Shown: piece after piece, positions 1-10,175 of the stretch
Layout: each line of letters opens with the position of its first letter
Position numbering within the stretch: position 1 is the first letter of the stretch
Assembly (NCBI GenBank): GCA_001600815.1
Contig: BCKZ01000004.1
Location: 744,001-808,000 of the forward strand
Length of the DNA: 64,000 bases
From: Alloascoidea hylecoeti
Lineage: Eukaryota
Direction of reading: 5' to 3'
Program-made: the position numbers and the translations under genes
The notes under the pieces: generated by a model
What the model was told of the DNA's origin: nothing
Database searches by the model: none
The model's input: only the letters and a program-made list of their open reading frames with translations

Positions 1-2
1 GT

Positions 3-1505
3 ATTGGTTTTGATGCAACTTGTTCATTAACTGTTATTAATGAAAAAAATGATAAACCAGTAGCTGTTGGTCCTGATTTTCAAGATAATGATCAAAATAT
101 TATTTTATGGATGGATCATAGAGCAACAAAACAAACTGATGAAATTAATTCAACAGACTTTAAATTATTAAATTATGTTGGTGGTAAAATGTCTGTTGAA
201 ATGGAAATGCCAAAAATTAAATGGTTAAAAGAAAACTTTCCTAAGGATTTGGATGTTAAATTTACTGATTGTAAATTTTATGATTTAGCTGATTATTTAA
301 CTCATAGAGCAACTGGATCTGAAGCAAGAAGTAATTGTTCAACTGTTTGTAAGCAAGGTTATGTTCCTATTGGAGTTGAAGATTCAAAGTATGGTTGGAA
401 TGCCGATTTCTTAAATCAAATGGGTTTACCTGAATTGGTTGAAGATGATTTCAGAAGATTAGGTGGTATTCATGGTAAAAACGGTAAATGGTTATCCGCT
501 GGAGAAAATGTTGGATATTTAACTTCAGAGTCCGCAAAAGATTTAGGATTAACTACAAATGTTAAAGTTGGCAGCGGAGTTATCGATGCCTATGCTGGTT
601 GGATTGGTACAGTTGCTGCAAAGACACGTGAGGATGATAAAATCTCAGAAAGATCTGATCTATCAAACTCTATCGGTAGATTGGCCGCTGTTGCCGGTAC
701 TTCAACATGTCATTTAGCATTAACAAAAGAAGCGGTTTTTGTGCCAGGAGTTTGGGGTCCATATCGTGATGCTATTTTCCCAGATTATTGGTTAGCAGAA
801 GGTGGTCAATCTTGTACTGGTGAATTATTAAGATATGTATTAGAATCTCATCCTGCATATCAGCAATTATTAGATTTTTCTTTAACTTCAAATATCAATA
901 AATTTGAATGGTTAAATAACCATTTAGAAGAATTAAAAATTAAAAGATCAGAAAAATCAATTTTATCATTAGGTAAACATTTTTTCTTTTATGGTGATTT
1001 TCATGGTAATAGATCTCCAATTGCAGATCCAAAGATGAAAGGTTCAATAATTGGTCAAAATATGGATGTAACAATTGATAATTTAGCTTTAAATTATTTA
1101 GGTGCAATTGAATTTATTGCCCAACAAACAAGACATATTATTGAAACTATGAATAAATCTGGTCATTCAATTAATTCAATTTATTTATCTGGTGGACAAT
1201 GTAGAAACAAATTATTAACAAAAATTATTTCAAATGCAACTGGTTTATCAGTTATCATACCAAGATATATTGATTCTGCTGTTGTTTTTGGTTCTGCATT
1301 ATTAGGAGCAAAAGCTGCTTCTGAAGATAAAGATACCAGTCTTTGGGATATAATGTCAACATTAACAAGTAAAAGTACTATAATTAATGCTGATGATGAA
1401 AATACATGGGATAGAAAACTTTTAAATGTTAAATATGATATTTATTTGGATATGGCCAAAAAACAAATTGATTATAGAAATATGGTTGATAAGGTTATTG
1501 GATAA
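3..1505 (+). CDS. FGGY-family carbohydrate kinase (D-ribulokinase, YDR109C-like), 5' end outside the window
   Basis: Frame is open from nt 3 (IGFDATCSL...NIILWMDHRA). Motifs GVIDAYAGWIG, AGTSTCH, GVWGPY, EGGQS, GDFHGNRSPIADP are typical of FGGY/ribulokinase. Stop TAA at 1503-1505. Confidence 0.93.
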   Translation: MGFDATCSLTVINEKNDKPVAVGPDFQDNDQNIILWMDHRATKQTDEINSTDFKLLNYVGGKMSVEMEMPKIKWLKENFPKDLDVKFTDCKFYDLADYLTHRATGSEARSNCSTVCKQGYVPIGVEDSKYGWNADFLNQMGLPELVEDDFRRLGGIHGKNGKWLSAGENVGYLTSESAKDLGLTTNVKVGSGVIDAYAGWIGTVAAKTREDDKISERSDLSNSIGRLAAVAGTSTCHLALTKEAVFVPGVWGPYRDAIFPDYWLAEGGQSCTGELLRYVLESHPAYQQLLDFSLTSNINKFEWLNNHLEELKIKRSEKSILSLGKHFFFYGDFHGNRSPIADPKMKGSIIGQNMDVTIDNLALNYLGAIEFIAQQTRHIIETMNKSGHSINSIYLSGGQCRNKLLTKIISNATGLSVIIPRYIDSAVVFGSALLGAKAASEDKDTSLWDIMSTLTSKSTIINADDENTWDRKLLNVKYDIYLDMAKKQIDYRNMVDKVIG

Positions 1506-1987
1506 ATGAAATTTATGAAACAATCTAAATAAATAATAATGCAGCTACAACTAGTACTGCAATGGGGTAACATTTTAATGATGGAAATAATGATGCATTT
1601 GGGAAGGAATAACTCATCAATCATGTTAGTAAGAATAAGGAATATGGATATTTTTTAAAAAAAATTATGATTAGATAGAACTTTGATCTTGCAATTGGAT
1701 TGAGTTTAAAGGATAGAGCTACAGTATATTTTATTTCACGATATGGTACCAAAATGTGGATTAATTAGATATAGGATACGCACAATTATATATATAGATT
1801 TTGATTTTTTTGCTTTGATTGTTTTTATAATTATAACTTAAGTTTGTTTGACTTACGATAAAGATTTGTTGTATAGGTAACATAATATAATATTTGCCAT
1901 TGTATTTAATATTAATATTGATTTTTAAAGATTTCGTATGTTTAAGTTATATTAATCATAGTGAGTATTTACAGGTGAAGACTTCGA

Positions 1988-2058
1988 AGTTCATATTGTC
2001 GTTCAAATTGATGTTCATATTGATGTTCATATTGATGTTCATATTGATGTTCATATTA
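1988..2058. repeat. 12-bp tandem repeat (GTTCATATTGAT)n, about 6 imperfect copies, immediately after the BOL3 stop codon
   Basis: gttcatattgtc gttcaaattgat gttcatattgat gttcatattgat gttcatattgat gttcatatta read directly; it produces the spurious MFIL-repeat ORF 1894..2082. Confidence 0.85.
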
Positions 2059-2579
2059 TCAATCAGATGCTTTAGTTCGTAACTGTAAACCATGCCATTT
2101 TGCAATTTCATCTTTAAGTGCTTCATTAACAAGCCGATGTTGTTTTATCATACTAAGGCCTTGGAATTTCGGTGAATGGATTCTAATTGCAAACATTGAA
2201 CCACAACCTCCTATAAAAAAAAATTAATTAGTTAATAGTCATTATTTATGCAAATTGTTATACAAGACATACCGGAAACATCACGAACTTCTAAATCAGA
2301 AGGATCAAAAGCTTTTAATAATTGATGATAAATCTCAGCTTCATATTCATCCATATTTGATAAATTTTCATCAGATAACCATCGTTTTTGACCTTTAAAT
2401 GTATTTAAATGATTTTGTTGAAGTTTTGCCAATTTTAGATTACTAACCAGTATTTGTGTGTTTTTATTGGCTAATAATGACATATTTCTCTTTATAATAG
2501 TGCCGTATGATTGTTTGAGTATATTTATGGTTAACATTGTAATAGGAGATCTCCTGTTTATTATTCTTAAGCCCTTCAT
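2059..2579 (-). CDS. BOL3: Mitochondrial BolA-family protein (Bol3/Aim1), 2 exons: 2579-2273 and 2210-2059
   Basis: Intron GTATGT (2272)...TAG (2211). Spliced C-terminus reads [53 protein letters not shown], the BolA3 signature. The N-terminus is basic and presequence-like. Confidence 0.9.
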
Positions 2580-3626
2580 GATATTATGATTTATGTATAT
2601 ATAATATCGACTATGGATCAAATTATATCAAATTTGTTTTTTTTGTGTAAAGTAGGATCTTTCTCTTGTCCCGGAAGTTGTCTGTGTGAGTATCCGGGAA
2701 CACATTGTCAGGGACAGCCAGGTTACTTTTTAGACAATGAATAACCTTATTTGGTTGGATACATTATTAATATTTAACTGCTTTTGGGAAAATGATATTA
2801 TACACACAAGCGAGCCAGTTGTCAGGCTTTCTGGACTTTCATAAACTTGTTATGGTACTCATTCCATATGTTTATCTTAGAATATAATCCGACTTTAGTG
2901 TACTTTACAAAGTTTACAGCATTCAATTAGTAATTACTCTATTAAATCTCAATTACAACCAGATAACTGAAGATAAATCCATGTAAAATTCTCAGGTCTA
3001 GATCTGTTAAATAATAATGTTTGACCGGTTTATAGTCAATGAGTTAAGTAACTGATTATATACGAGAGAACACGCCAAAACAAGAAAGTTCAACCATCGC
3101 GAATAATAGAATATTGTTTTGCTACCGTAAAGTAGGTGATACCCAAGTAGTAAACATGTATAACTAGTTATAAGTAGAACCAGGATGGAAGTTGTAGTTG
3201 TAGTTGTAATTGAAGATGAAGTTACAGTTGAAGTTACAATGAGCTACAATTTGTATATATATTGATATGATTTCTTTGGACTTATTCATTAGTAAATGTT
3301 TAATTGTTGATTGAATTTTATTGTTGATTGAAGATCGTTAATTTGTGAACTATTTGTTGATGCTCTCCCCACATTGTTACCTCTCCCGTGGGCCCGGTCG
3401 TGTGGAAAAGACCTGAGATGATGACTACTGAGGGGACTACTTTAACGCACAGATGACCTGATTTGGACCTGGTGTCTGCGGGTGTTTGGAGATCCAGGAA
3501 ATGGGAGGATCCTACTGTAATTTAACAGGATTATCCATTTGCTTGATGAAATATATATAGCGATAGTTTGCCCTCTTTTTTTATATTCATCTACAATTAT
3601 ATTTATATTTCTACCCGCTGAAAACA

Positions 3627-4481
3627 ATGGCCTCATCTTTCAGTAGAACTTGCTATAAATGTGGGAATATTGGACATTTTGCAGAAGAATGCGATTATTC
3701 AGACAGACTTTGTTACAACTGTAAAGAATCTGGACATGAATCCCATAAATGTCCACATCCAAAAACAACGACTTTCAAACAATGTTATCATTGTGAAAAA
3801 ATGGGTCATATTCAGTCTGAATGTCCCCTTTTACCCAAAAATTCAATGCATATAATAAATAATGTAAATAATTATAATTCCACACAGAAACCTTTAGGAA
3901 TTCCAACATGTTATAATTGTAGACAAACTGGTCATATTGCAAGAAATTGTTTAAATCCAAATTTAAATTCAAATTCAATGGAAAATTCAAACTCAAACTT
4001 AAACGTTAATTCAAATGGTCCTATTTATTATCAATATCCTTTTAGTTGGCAATATCCAATGCCCTTACAGCCCTTCTATTATCATCAATATTCCATGGAT
4101 TCAAATTTAAATAATACTTGCAATATTAATAATTCACAAGTCCCTTATATATACAATTATTATCCTTATCAACATCAAATGCCTCTACAACAATACGATT
4201 ATGATTATCCAAATTCAAGCTTTCGTCAATATATCCATGATGATCAATTACAATCACATATACAATTCTATGACAATAGCATTAATTATAACAAGTACAA
4301 ATTAAACACATTTCAAAAATATAATATTAATCATAAAAATAAAAAAGAAAATTCAATTGGAAATATTAAAGAAATTAATGATGATCAAGATATTGAAGTA
4401 AGTTCTGATATTTCATCTGCATCATCTGCCAAATTATCATTTTCTTCAACAACTGAATCATCTTCATCTTCATCAAACTAA
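3627..4481 (+). CDS. CCHC zinc-knuckle nucleic-acid-binding protein (Gis2/CNBP-like N-terminus) with an N/Y/Q-rich low-complexity C-terminus
   Basis: Four CX2CX4HX4C knuckles (CYKCGNIGHFAEEC, CYNCKESGHESHKC, CYHCEKMGHIQSEC, CYNCRQTGHIARNC) with Gis2-like linkers (RLCYNC, KQCYHC), then an N/Y/Q/P-rich tract and a Ser-rich tail. Confidence 0.8.
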   Translation: MASSFSRTCYKCGNIGHFAEECDYSDRLCYNCKESGHESHKCPHPKTTTFKQCYHCEKMGHIQSECPLLPKNSMHIINNVNNYNSTQKPLGIPTCYNCRQTGHIARNCLNPNLNSNSMENSNSNLNVNSNGPIYYQYPFSWQYPMPLQPFYYHQYSMDSNLNNTCNINNSQVPYIYNYYPYQHQMPLQQYDYDYPNSSFRQYIHDDQLQSHIQFYDNSINYNKYKLNTFQKYNINHKNKKENSIGNIKEINDDQDIEVSSDISSASSAKLSFSSTTESSSSSSN

Positions 4482-5014
4482 CCAATTATCTTCATAATAT
4501 TTTAATTTTGTAATAATGTTAATATCTATTTCATGATAAATAATCTCTCTTTCTTTTTCTTCATATATATATATTATTATGAAAATTATAGTAATTTATT
4601 AAGCTATAGTTTTGTTTTGTTTATAATCTCATTATATATTAATATATATACCAAATTAAATATGTTTTTATATTTCTTTAATATCTTCAATTGTTTTCCC
4701 ATGATCATATGAGAGAAAAAAATAAGATTTTGTTAATACTTTAAACTTGTTTATATTCTGTTAATGTTTTGTTAATACTTTTTTAAATTTTGTTATCTTT
4801 TGAATTTTTTTAACTTGCTAAATTTTTTGTTAATTTTCTGGTTTTCTATATTTGGATACTCTATGAATATATTAGGTATAACGCAAACACGGTAGTCAAT
4901 TATATCCTGTAGCTAAAAAAAAAAAAAAAAAGGACACTCTTCTTTTCCAAACCTCCTTCTTTCTTTTCTTCTTTTTCTTCCGAACCCACAACATCTTCCA
5001 AGTTGCCATAAAAT

Positions 5015-6820
5015 ATGTCAAAAGGTAAAATTCCAACACCAGCTCCACAAAAATCTTCAACTCCTGCTACAAATGTTACTACTGCTAATAATGATATTAT
5101 ATTAATTGATGAATTGCAAAATCATGGTATAAATGCTAGTGATATTCAAAAATTAAAATCATGTGGAATTTGTAGTATTTCTGTATGTTTTTTTTTTATA
5201 AATTTTATCCCCTTTTTACGTTATATTAATGTTATGATATGATGACATAGACGTGTCTTTCAACAACAAGAAGAAATATGATCAAAATAAAAGGATTAAG
5301 TGAAATAAAAGTTGAAAAGATAAAAGAAGCTGCTGGCAAACTATTGGTATATATTATTGCATTCAAATCTAAATATATTAATCAATATACTTGATGCTAA
5401 CTCTTTTTCTTTTATAAGCATGTTGGTTTTGTGCCAGCAACAATTCAAGCTGACTTACGTCAAAAAGTATTATCTGTATCAACAGGTTCAAAACAATTAG
5501 ATAATATTCTTGGTGGTGGAATTAGAACAATGAGTATTACTGAAGTTTTTGGAGAATTTAGATGTGGGAAAACTCAAATGGCCCATACAATGTGTGTTAC
5601 TGCTCAATTACCAAAAGTAAGTGAATTAAAATTGAAATTTAAAAGAGTTATTAGATGATTAATTGATTATAGAGTATGGGTGGTTGTGAAGGAAAAGTAG
5701 CATTTATTGATACTGAAGGAACATTTCGACCAGAAAGGTAATTATACTTAAATACACGCAATTACAAAATTATATCATAATAATTAACTGAGGCTTCAAT
5801 TAAAAATTGAAAAAGAATTCGATCTATAGCAGCAAGATTTGGCGTTGATGGTGATTCATGTCTTGATAATATATCATATGCTAGAGCTTTAAATAGTGAA
5901 CATCAAATGGAATTAGTTGAGCAATTAGGGATTGAATTAGCAGAAGGTGGTTATAAGCTTTTGGTATGTTTAAATTTGGATTTTTTACATTGTATAAAAT
6001 TAATCATTCTTTTTTTAAAGATTGTGGATTCAATAATGGCTTGTTTTCGTGTGGATGTATGTTTTCATTCTATAAGGTGATCGTGAAGATATTCAACTAA
6101 TACTTTGTTTAAAAGTTTTCTGGTCGTGGGGAATTAGGTGAAAGACAACAAAGGTAACATTGTCATAAGAATTTCTACAGTTAATCTTAAACTTGATATT
6201 AACTAACGTTTAAAACTATTAAGATTGAACCAACATTTATCAAAACTTAATAGGGTTGCAGAAGATTTCAATGTTGCAATATTTTTAACAAATCAAGTTC
6301 AATCTGATCCTGGTGCTTCTGCATTATTTGCCTCTGCTGATGGTAGAAAACCGTAAGATATAATGATAAAATTAATAAGAAAACTTAAAGCAGAATAAAT
6401 GATTATTAACCTGAATTAATGAATAGTGTCGGTGGGCATGTTTTAGCTCATGCTAGTGCCACTCGTTTATTATTAAGGTAAGCTTCTAAATTTAACTCAT
6501 TTAAACAAAATTTTATATCAAATACAATCGATGCAGTTAAGGTTCATTTATATAATACTAATACGTATTATTTTTTTAAAACTGTGAAGAAAAGGAAGAG
6601 GTGAGGAAAGAGTTGCCAAGGTAAGAGAGAATACGAGCTTAAAAATGAAAAAGAAAGTCATTAATTTATTGAAATATTTAGCTTCAAGATAGTCCTGATA
6701 TGCCTGAGAGTGAATGCACTTATATTATTACAGAGGGTAACAATTTCTTTTTTATATCTCCGAATTTCAAATACTAATTGATGATTAAATCTTATAGGTG
6801 GAATTGCCGATGTCGAGTGA
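5015..6820 (+). CDS. DMC1: Meiotic recombinase Dmc1, 12 exons (5015-5182, 5251-5346, 5419-5616, 5673-5737, 5816-5963, 6021-6056, 6116-6153, 6224-6352, 6427-6477, 6590-6620, 6682-6736, 6798-6820), 345 aa
   Basis: Eleven GT..AG introns join into one 1038-nt frame. It contains [17 protein letters not shown], Walker [80 protein letters not shown] and [12 protein letters not shown], which are Dmc1-type rather than Rad51-type. Confidence 0.95.
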
Positions 6821-7077
6821 ATCCAACATAATTATTGCTATAAAATCTTATATAACCATATTATTGCAAATGGTTATAATTGGCTAGTTAATATTGATTA
6901 TTACTGTACCACTAACATAGATTATTAAATTCAAAAAATATATTATATATCAAATGTATTTTCCATTTTTATACTGGATAATTATAAAATTAGAGCCATA
7001 AATACAAACCTGTCCGAAATAAATAAATAAACCATATACTTCTCTTTCTTTTTTTCTTTGGACTACAAGTAATATTA

Positions 7078-8511
7078 TTATACTTCAAATCTTTCGGGAA
7101 ATAAAGCAGGAGCAACTATAGTCCAAAGATATAAAGCATAACAAATCCAAGAACTTACTATTTTAACCCATGCTGAGAAATAAGTTCTTCCAACGGGTAC
7201 AAATTCACCTAAAGTATCTTTTTCAACGTTCATTGTTAATAATGTAGCAATCCATTGTGTTGCTAAAAAGAAAACAAAATGAAATAATGCATAATTATAT
7301 TTTGTTGATACTCTTTCATCATCATCATTAATGTTGCTTGATCCATCATCATCACCATATTCATCATGATCATCTTGTGAAAATAAAAGTGATTGATCGG
7401 TTAATGCAGATGCTGGCAGTGATCCTTCATCAACTGCTGATTGAATAGCACGAACTCTCATAGCATGTATTTCACTATCAATAGGTTCATAACCACTACT
7501 AGCACCGTTATCGTTACCAAATGCAGCGGTTTTTGTAGCAGCAGTTGTTGTTGTGTATCCAATAGCTAAGAACGTGAAAATAGCACCTATAACTATACTT
7601 GCTGTTCTGGTACCACGAGATCGAACCAAAGGATTGCAACTCAAATCATCAGGTTCAGAAACAACTGCACAAACAATAAGATAAGTACAATATATTGAAA
7701 CCATTGCAGATTGTGCCAAACCTGCCTGTGGATTAAATTCTTGAACAATAGGATGAATGGAAGCACCAGAAACAATAAGCATTAGAATTAAATTAATTGT
7801 AATTGCAGCCTGATTCATCGAGCAACCACCATGTGCGAAAAAGATATACATCAAAGTAGTTAAAACAATAGCGCCAATATACATTCCAAGAGTTGATCCA
7901 ACAAGTAAAAATATCCAAATATTTGAATCACTATCTTCAATTTGTTGTAAACATAATTCAGCCCAAGAATGTGCAAAATCAATTAACAAAACCAAACCAA
8001 TGAATAAAAATATAACAGAGAAAAACATTGCAAAATGATTACCCCAGAATATAAAAAATGAATCAGGTATGAAAAATGTCAAGATTATAAAACTTATCCA
8101 AAGAACAATCTTCAACCCCCAAAAACTATTTTGTATGATAGCTCTAGGATTTTTCGTTGACCTAATACCCATTAATAGTAATCCCAATACTAAATGAAAT
8201 ACCGCTAATGCAAAGTTTATTCGATGAACATAGACAAACCCGAAACAATCACCGTTATGACAAGTTATTTTTATATAATCAAATGTGAGCTTTTCAAGTT
8301 GTTTAACTACCCATCCAGATAACATGATCCAGGATAGTATGGAATTTAGTACGAATATGACCGCATAGCCTATTCTTGTGGCGATCGACGAAGATGGAAG
8401 AGCTCCACAAACTTGGGTTATTCCTGAACAGGCTGCTGCCCCAAGACATGAAGCTGCCCAGGAGCCAACCATCGTTGCTGCTGTGAGAGGAAGAGATACA
8501 ACTGCTCCCAT
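7078..8511 (-). CDS. TMS1: Serinc/TDE-family membrane protein Tms1
   Basis: Multi-TM protein with SSIATRIGYA, VHRINFAL, LLIDFAHSWAE, GLAQSAMVS, CNPLVRSRGTR and WVKIVSSWICY. It is head-to-head with ARP10, as in S. cerevisiae YDR105C/YDR106W. Confidence 0.95.
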   Translation of the reverse strand: MGAVVSLPLTAATMVGSWAASCLGAAACSGITQVCGALPSSSIATRIGYAVIFVLNSILSWIMLSGWVVKQLEKLTFDYIKITCHNGDCFGFVYVHRINFALAVFHLVLGLLLMGIRSTKNPRAIIQNSFWGLKIVLWISFIILTFFIPDSFFIFWGNHFAMFFSVIFLFIGLVLLIDFAHSWAELCLQQIEDSDSNIWIFLLVGSTLGMYIGAIVLTTLMYIFFAHGGCSMNQAAITINLILMLIVSGASIHPIVQEFNPQAGLAQSAMVSIYCTYLIVCAVVSEPDDLSCNPLVRSRGTRTASIVIGAIFTFLAIGYTTTTAATKTAAFGNDNGASSGYEPIDSEIHAMRVRAIQSAVDEGSLPASALTDQSLLFSQDDHDEYGDDDGSSNINDDDERVSTKYNYALFHFVFFLATQWIATLLTMNVEKDTLGEFVPVGRTYFSAWVKIVSSWICYALYLWTIVAPALFPERFEV

Positions 8512-8636
8512 TTTTGTTTTTTATGAAATTAATAAATAATAAATGTTAAATTTAGTTTTGTTATATATAATAATACCTCCATACACCCATTCCCTATCCA
8601 GTTTGCTATCATTAATTTTGAGATAAAAAGTGAAGA

Positions 8637-10175
8637 ATGTCCTCTTCTTCTTCAACACGGAAAATAGCACCAAAGGACCCTCTGATATTCGATATAGGAT
8701 CGTTATTTGTGAGAGCTGGATTTGCTGGAGAATATAAACCAACAGTAACCTTACCAATTTTCATTTCAAAATGGAATAGAAGATTAATTCAAAATTCAAA
8801 AGATCTAAACAAAACACCATCATTGTTTTTCCAACCAATTCATAAGTCCGAAGATGAAAATCATCTAATTGACGATGATTTACGTAGAAAGTATATGAAT
8901 CATGATATTAATGAGATTGATTTATTAATTGATAAAACTATTGAAAAGGATCGTCTTGATGGTAGATGGCTATGGAATAATGATATAACATACTATCAAG
9001 AAGAATCACTATCAACAAAGCCAAAAACTTCATTTACAACACCTTTTTTCTCATCATCAATATCAACAACTTCGACATTAACATCTGCGGCACAAGAAAT
9101 AATAGAAAATCCAAGTTTTGATTTTTCTCCAGTTGAAAATCAATTAGAATATATCATAACACAAATATTTAAAACAAATCTATTGGTTAATGCCAAAAAT
9201 AGAAAGATTATAATAATTGAAAATATCTTTTTACCAAGATTTCTAAAAAGAGTAATTACAAATGTCTTCTTATTAAATGTTCATGCATTATCATTAAGTT
9301 TTGTGCCAATGCCTTTAATTACTTGTATATCAAGTGGGGTGGAAAACTCATTGATTATTGATATTGGTTGGCAACAATTGAATATTATACCTGTTTATGA
9401 TCTAAGGGTATTATACAAAGAAATTAAAAGTAGTGATAGATCAGGAATGACATTACACTATAATATATTGAAAAAACTATTAAAATATTTCAAGGCTGAA
9501 TTAAAAGATAAGTCAGAAGAATTTAATAACATTAAGAAACAACTAACTTTTGACTTCATTGAAGAATTCATATATAGTTACGTTTATATGAAAAGTGACG
9601 ATTCTAATTCTGAGTTAGATGATATCTACTTTACAATTAATTTCCATGATAATAGCCATAATAGAACACATCATCACCATCATTCTTCTTCTTCATCTTC
9701 AAGAACTCCTATGATCCAAATCCCATCACAAATACGCCATGAGATAATAGAAGACCTACTTCTGCCAAAACCCCAAGTTAATGATAAATATTTATATGAT
9801 GATAATGAACAACCATTTTTAACACTTTTTCGATCAGTTGTCAAATCATTACCATTGGATTTAAAACCGATTCTTTCTAAAAATATAATATTTACTGGTG
9901 GATTATCCAATATTCCAGGCTTAAAATCTCGTTTATTACATGAATTAAATTCTTCTTTTTCTTACGGTGAATTTAAAGCAATTTCAAATTTAGGAAATTG
10001 GTGTGGTGCGAGTTTATACTCACAATATTTAATTCATTTACAAAATTCAAAAAATATTAATTTAATCGGTGAAATCACAAGAAATAAATATATTTCGGGT
10101 GAAGAATTGATCATTCCTGATTGGGTTGATTCAATTAATATTCATAGAAATGGGATTAAAGGTGGGGTTAAATAG
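8637..10175 (+). CDS. ARP10: Actin-related protein Arp10 (dynactin)
   Basis: Actin-fold motifs IFDIGSLFVRAGFAGE, LIIDIGW, VYDLR, NIIFTGGLSNIPGLKSRL and WCGASL; divergent from TMS1 as in S. cerevisiae. Confidence 0.82.
   Translation: MSSSSSTRKIAPKDPLIFDIGSLFVRAGFAGEYKPTVTLPIFISKWNRRLIQNSKDLNKTPSLFFQPIHKSEDENHLIDDDLRRKYMNHDINEIDLLIDKTIEKDRLDGRWLWNNDITYYQEESLSTKPKTSFTTPFFSSSISTTSTLTSAAQEIIENPSFDFSPVENQLEYIITQIFKTNLLVNAKNRKIIIIENIFLPRFLKRVITNVFLLNVHALSLSFVPMPLITCISSGVENSLIIDIGWQQLNIIPVYDLRVLYKEIKSSDRSGMTLHYNILKKLLKYFKAELKDKSEEFNNIKKQLTFDFIEEFIYSYVYMKSDDSNSELDDIYFTINFHDNSHNRTHHHHHSSSSSSRTPMIQIPSQIRHEIIEDLLLPKPQVNDKYLYDDNEQPFLTLFRSVVKSLPLDLKPILSKNIIFTGGLSNIPGLKSRLLHELNSSFSYGEFKAISNLGNWCGASLYSQYLIHLQNSKNINLIGEITRNKYISGEELIIPDWVDSINIHRNGIKGGVK

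Noticed and set aside
1894..2082. 62-aa ORF with MFIL repeats
   Set aside because: Product of the 12-bp tandem repeat antisense to the BOL3 3' end; TTG start and no domain.
3380..3510. Firm call as a TPP riboswitch or C/D snoRNA
   Set aside because: CTGAGA and ACCTGAT are present, but P2 pairing and the TAAT loop are missing and the downstream gene is unrelated to thiamine. The C-to-D spacing (~44 nt) is too short and I saw no rRNA antisense guide. Kept only as an unclassified candidate.
5015..5658. Two short ORFs read as a fragmented or pseudogenised DMC1/RAD51
   Set aside because: GT-AG introns join all segments into one intact 345-aa frame.
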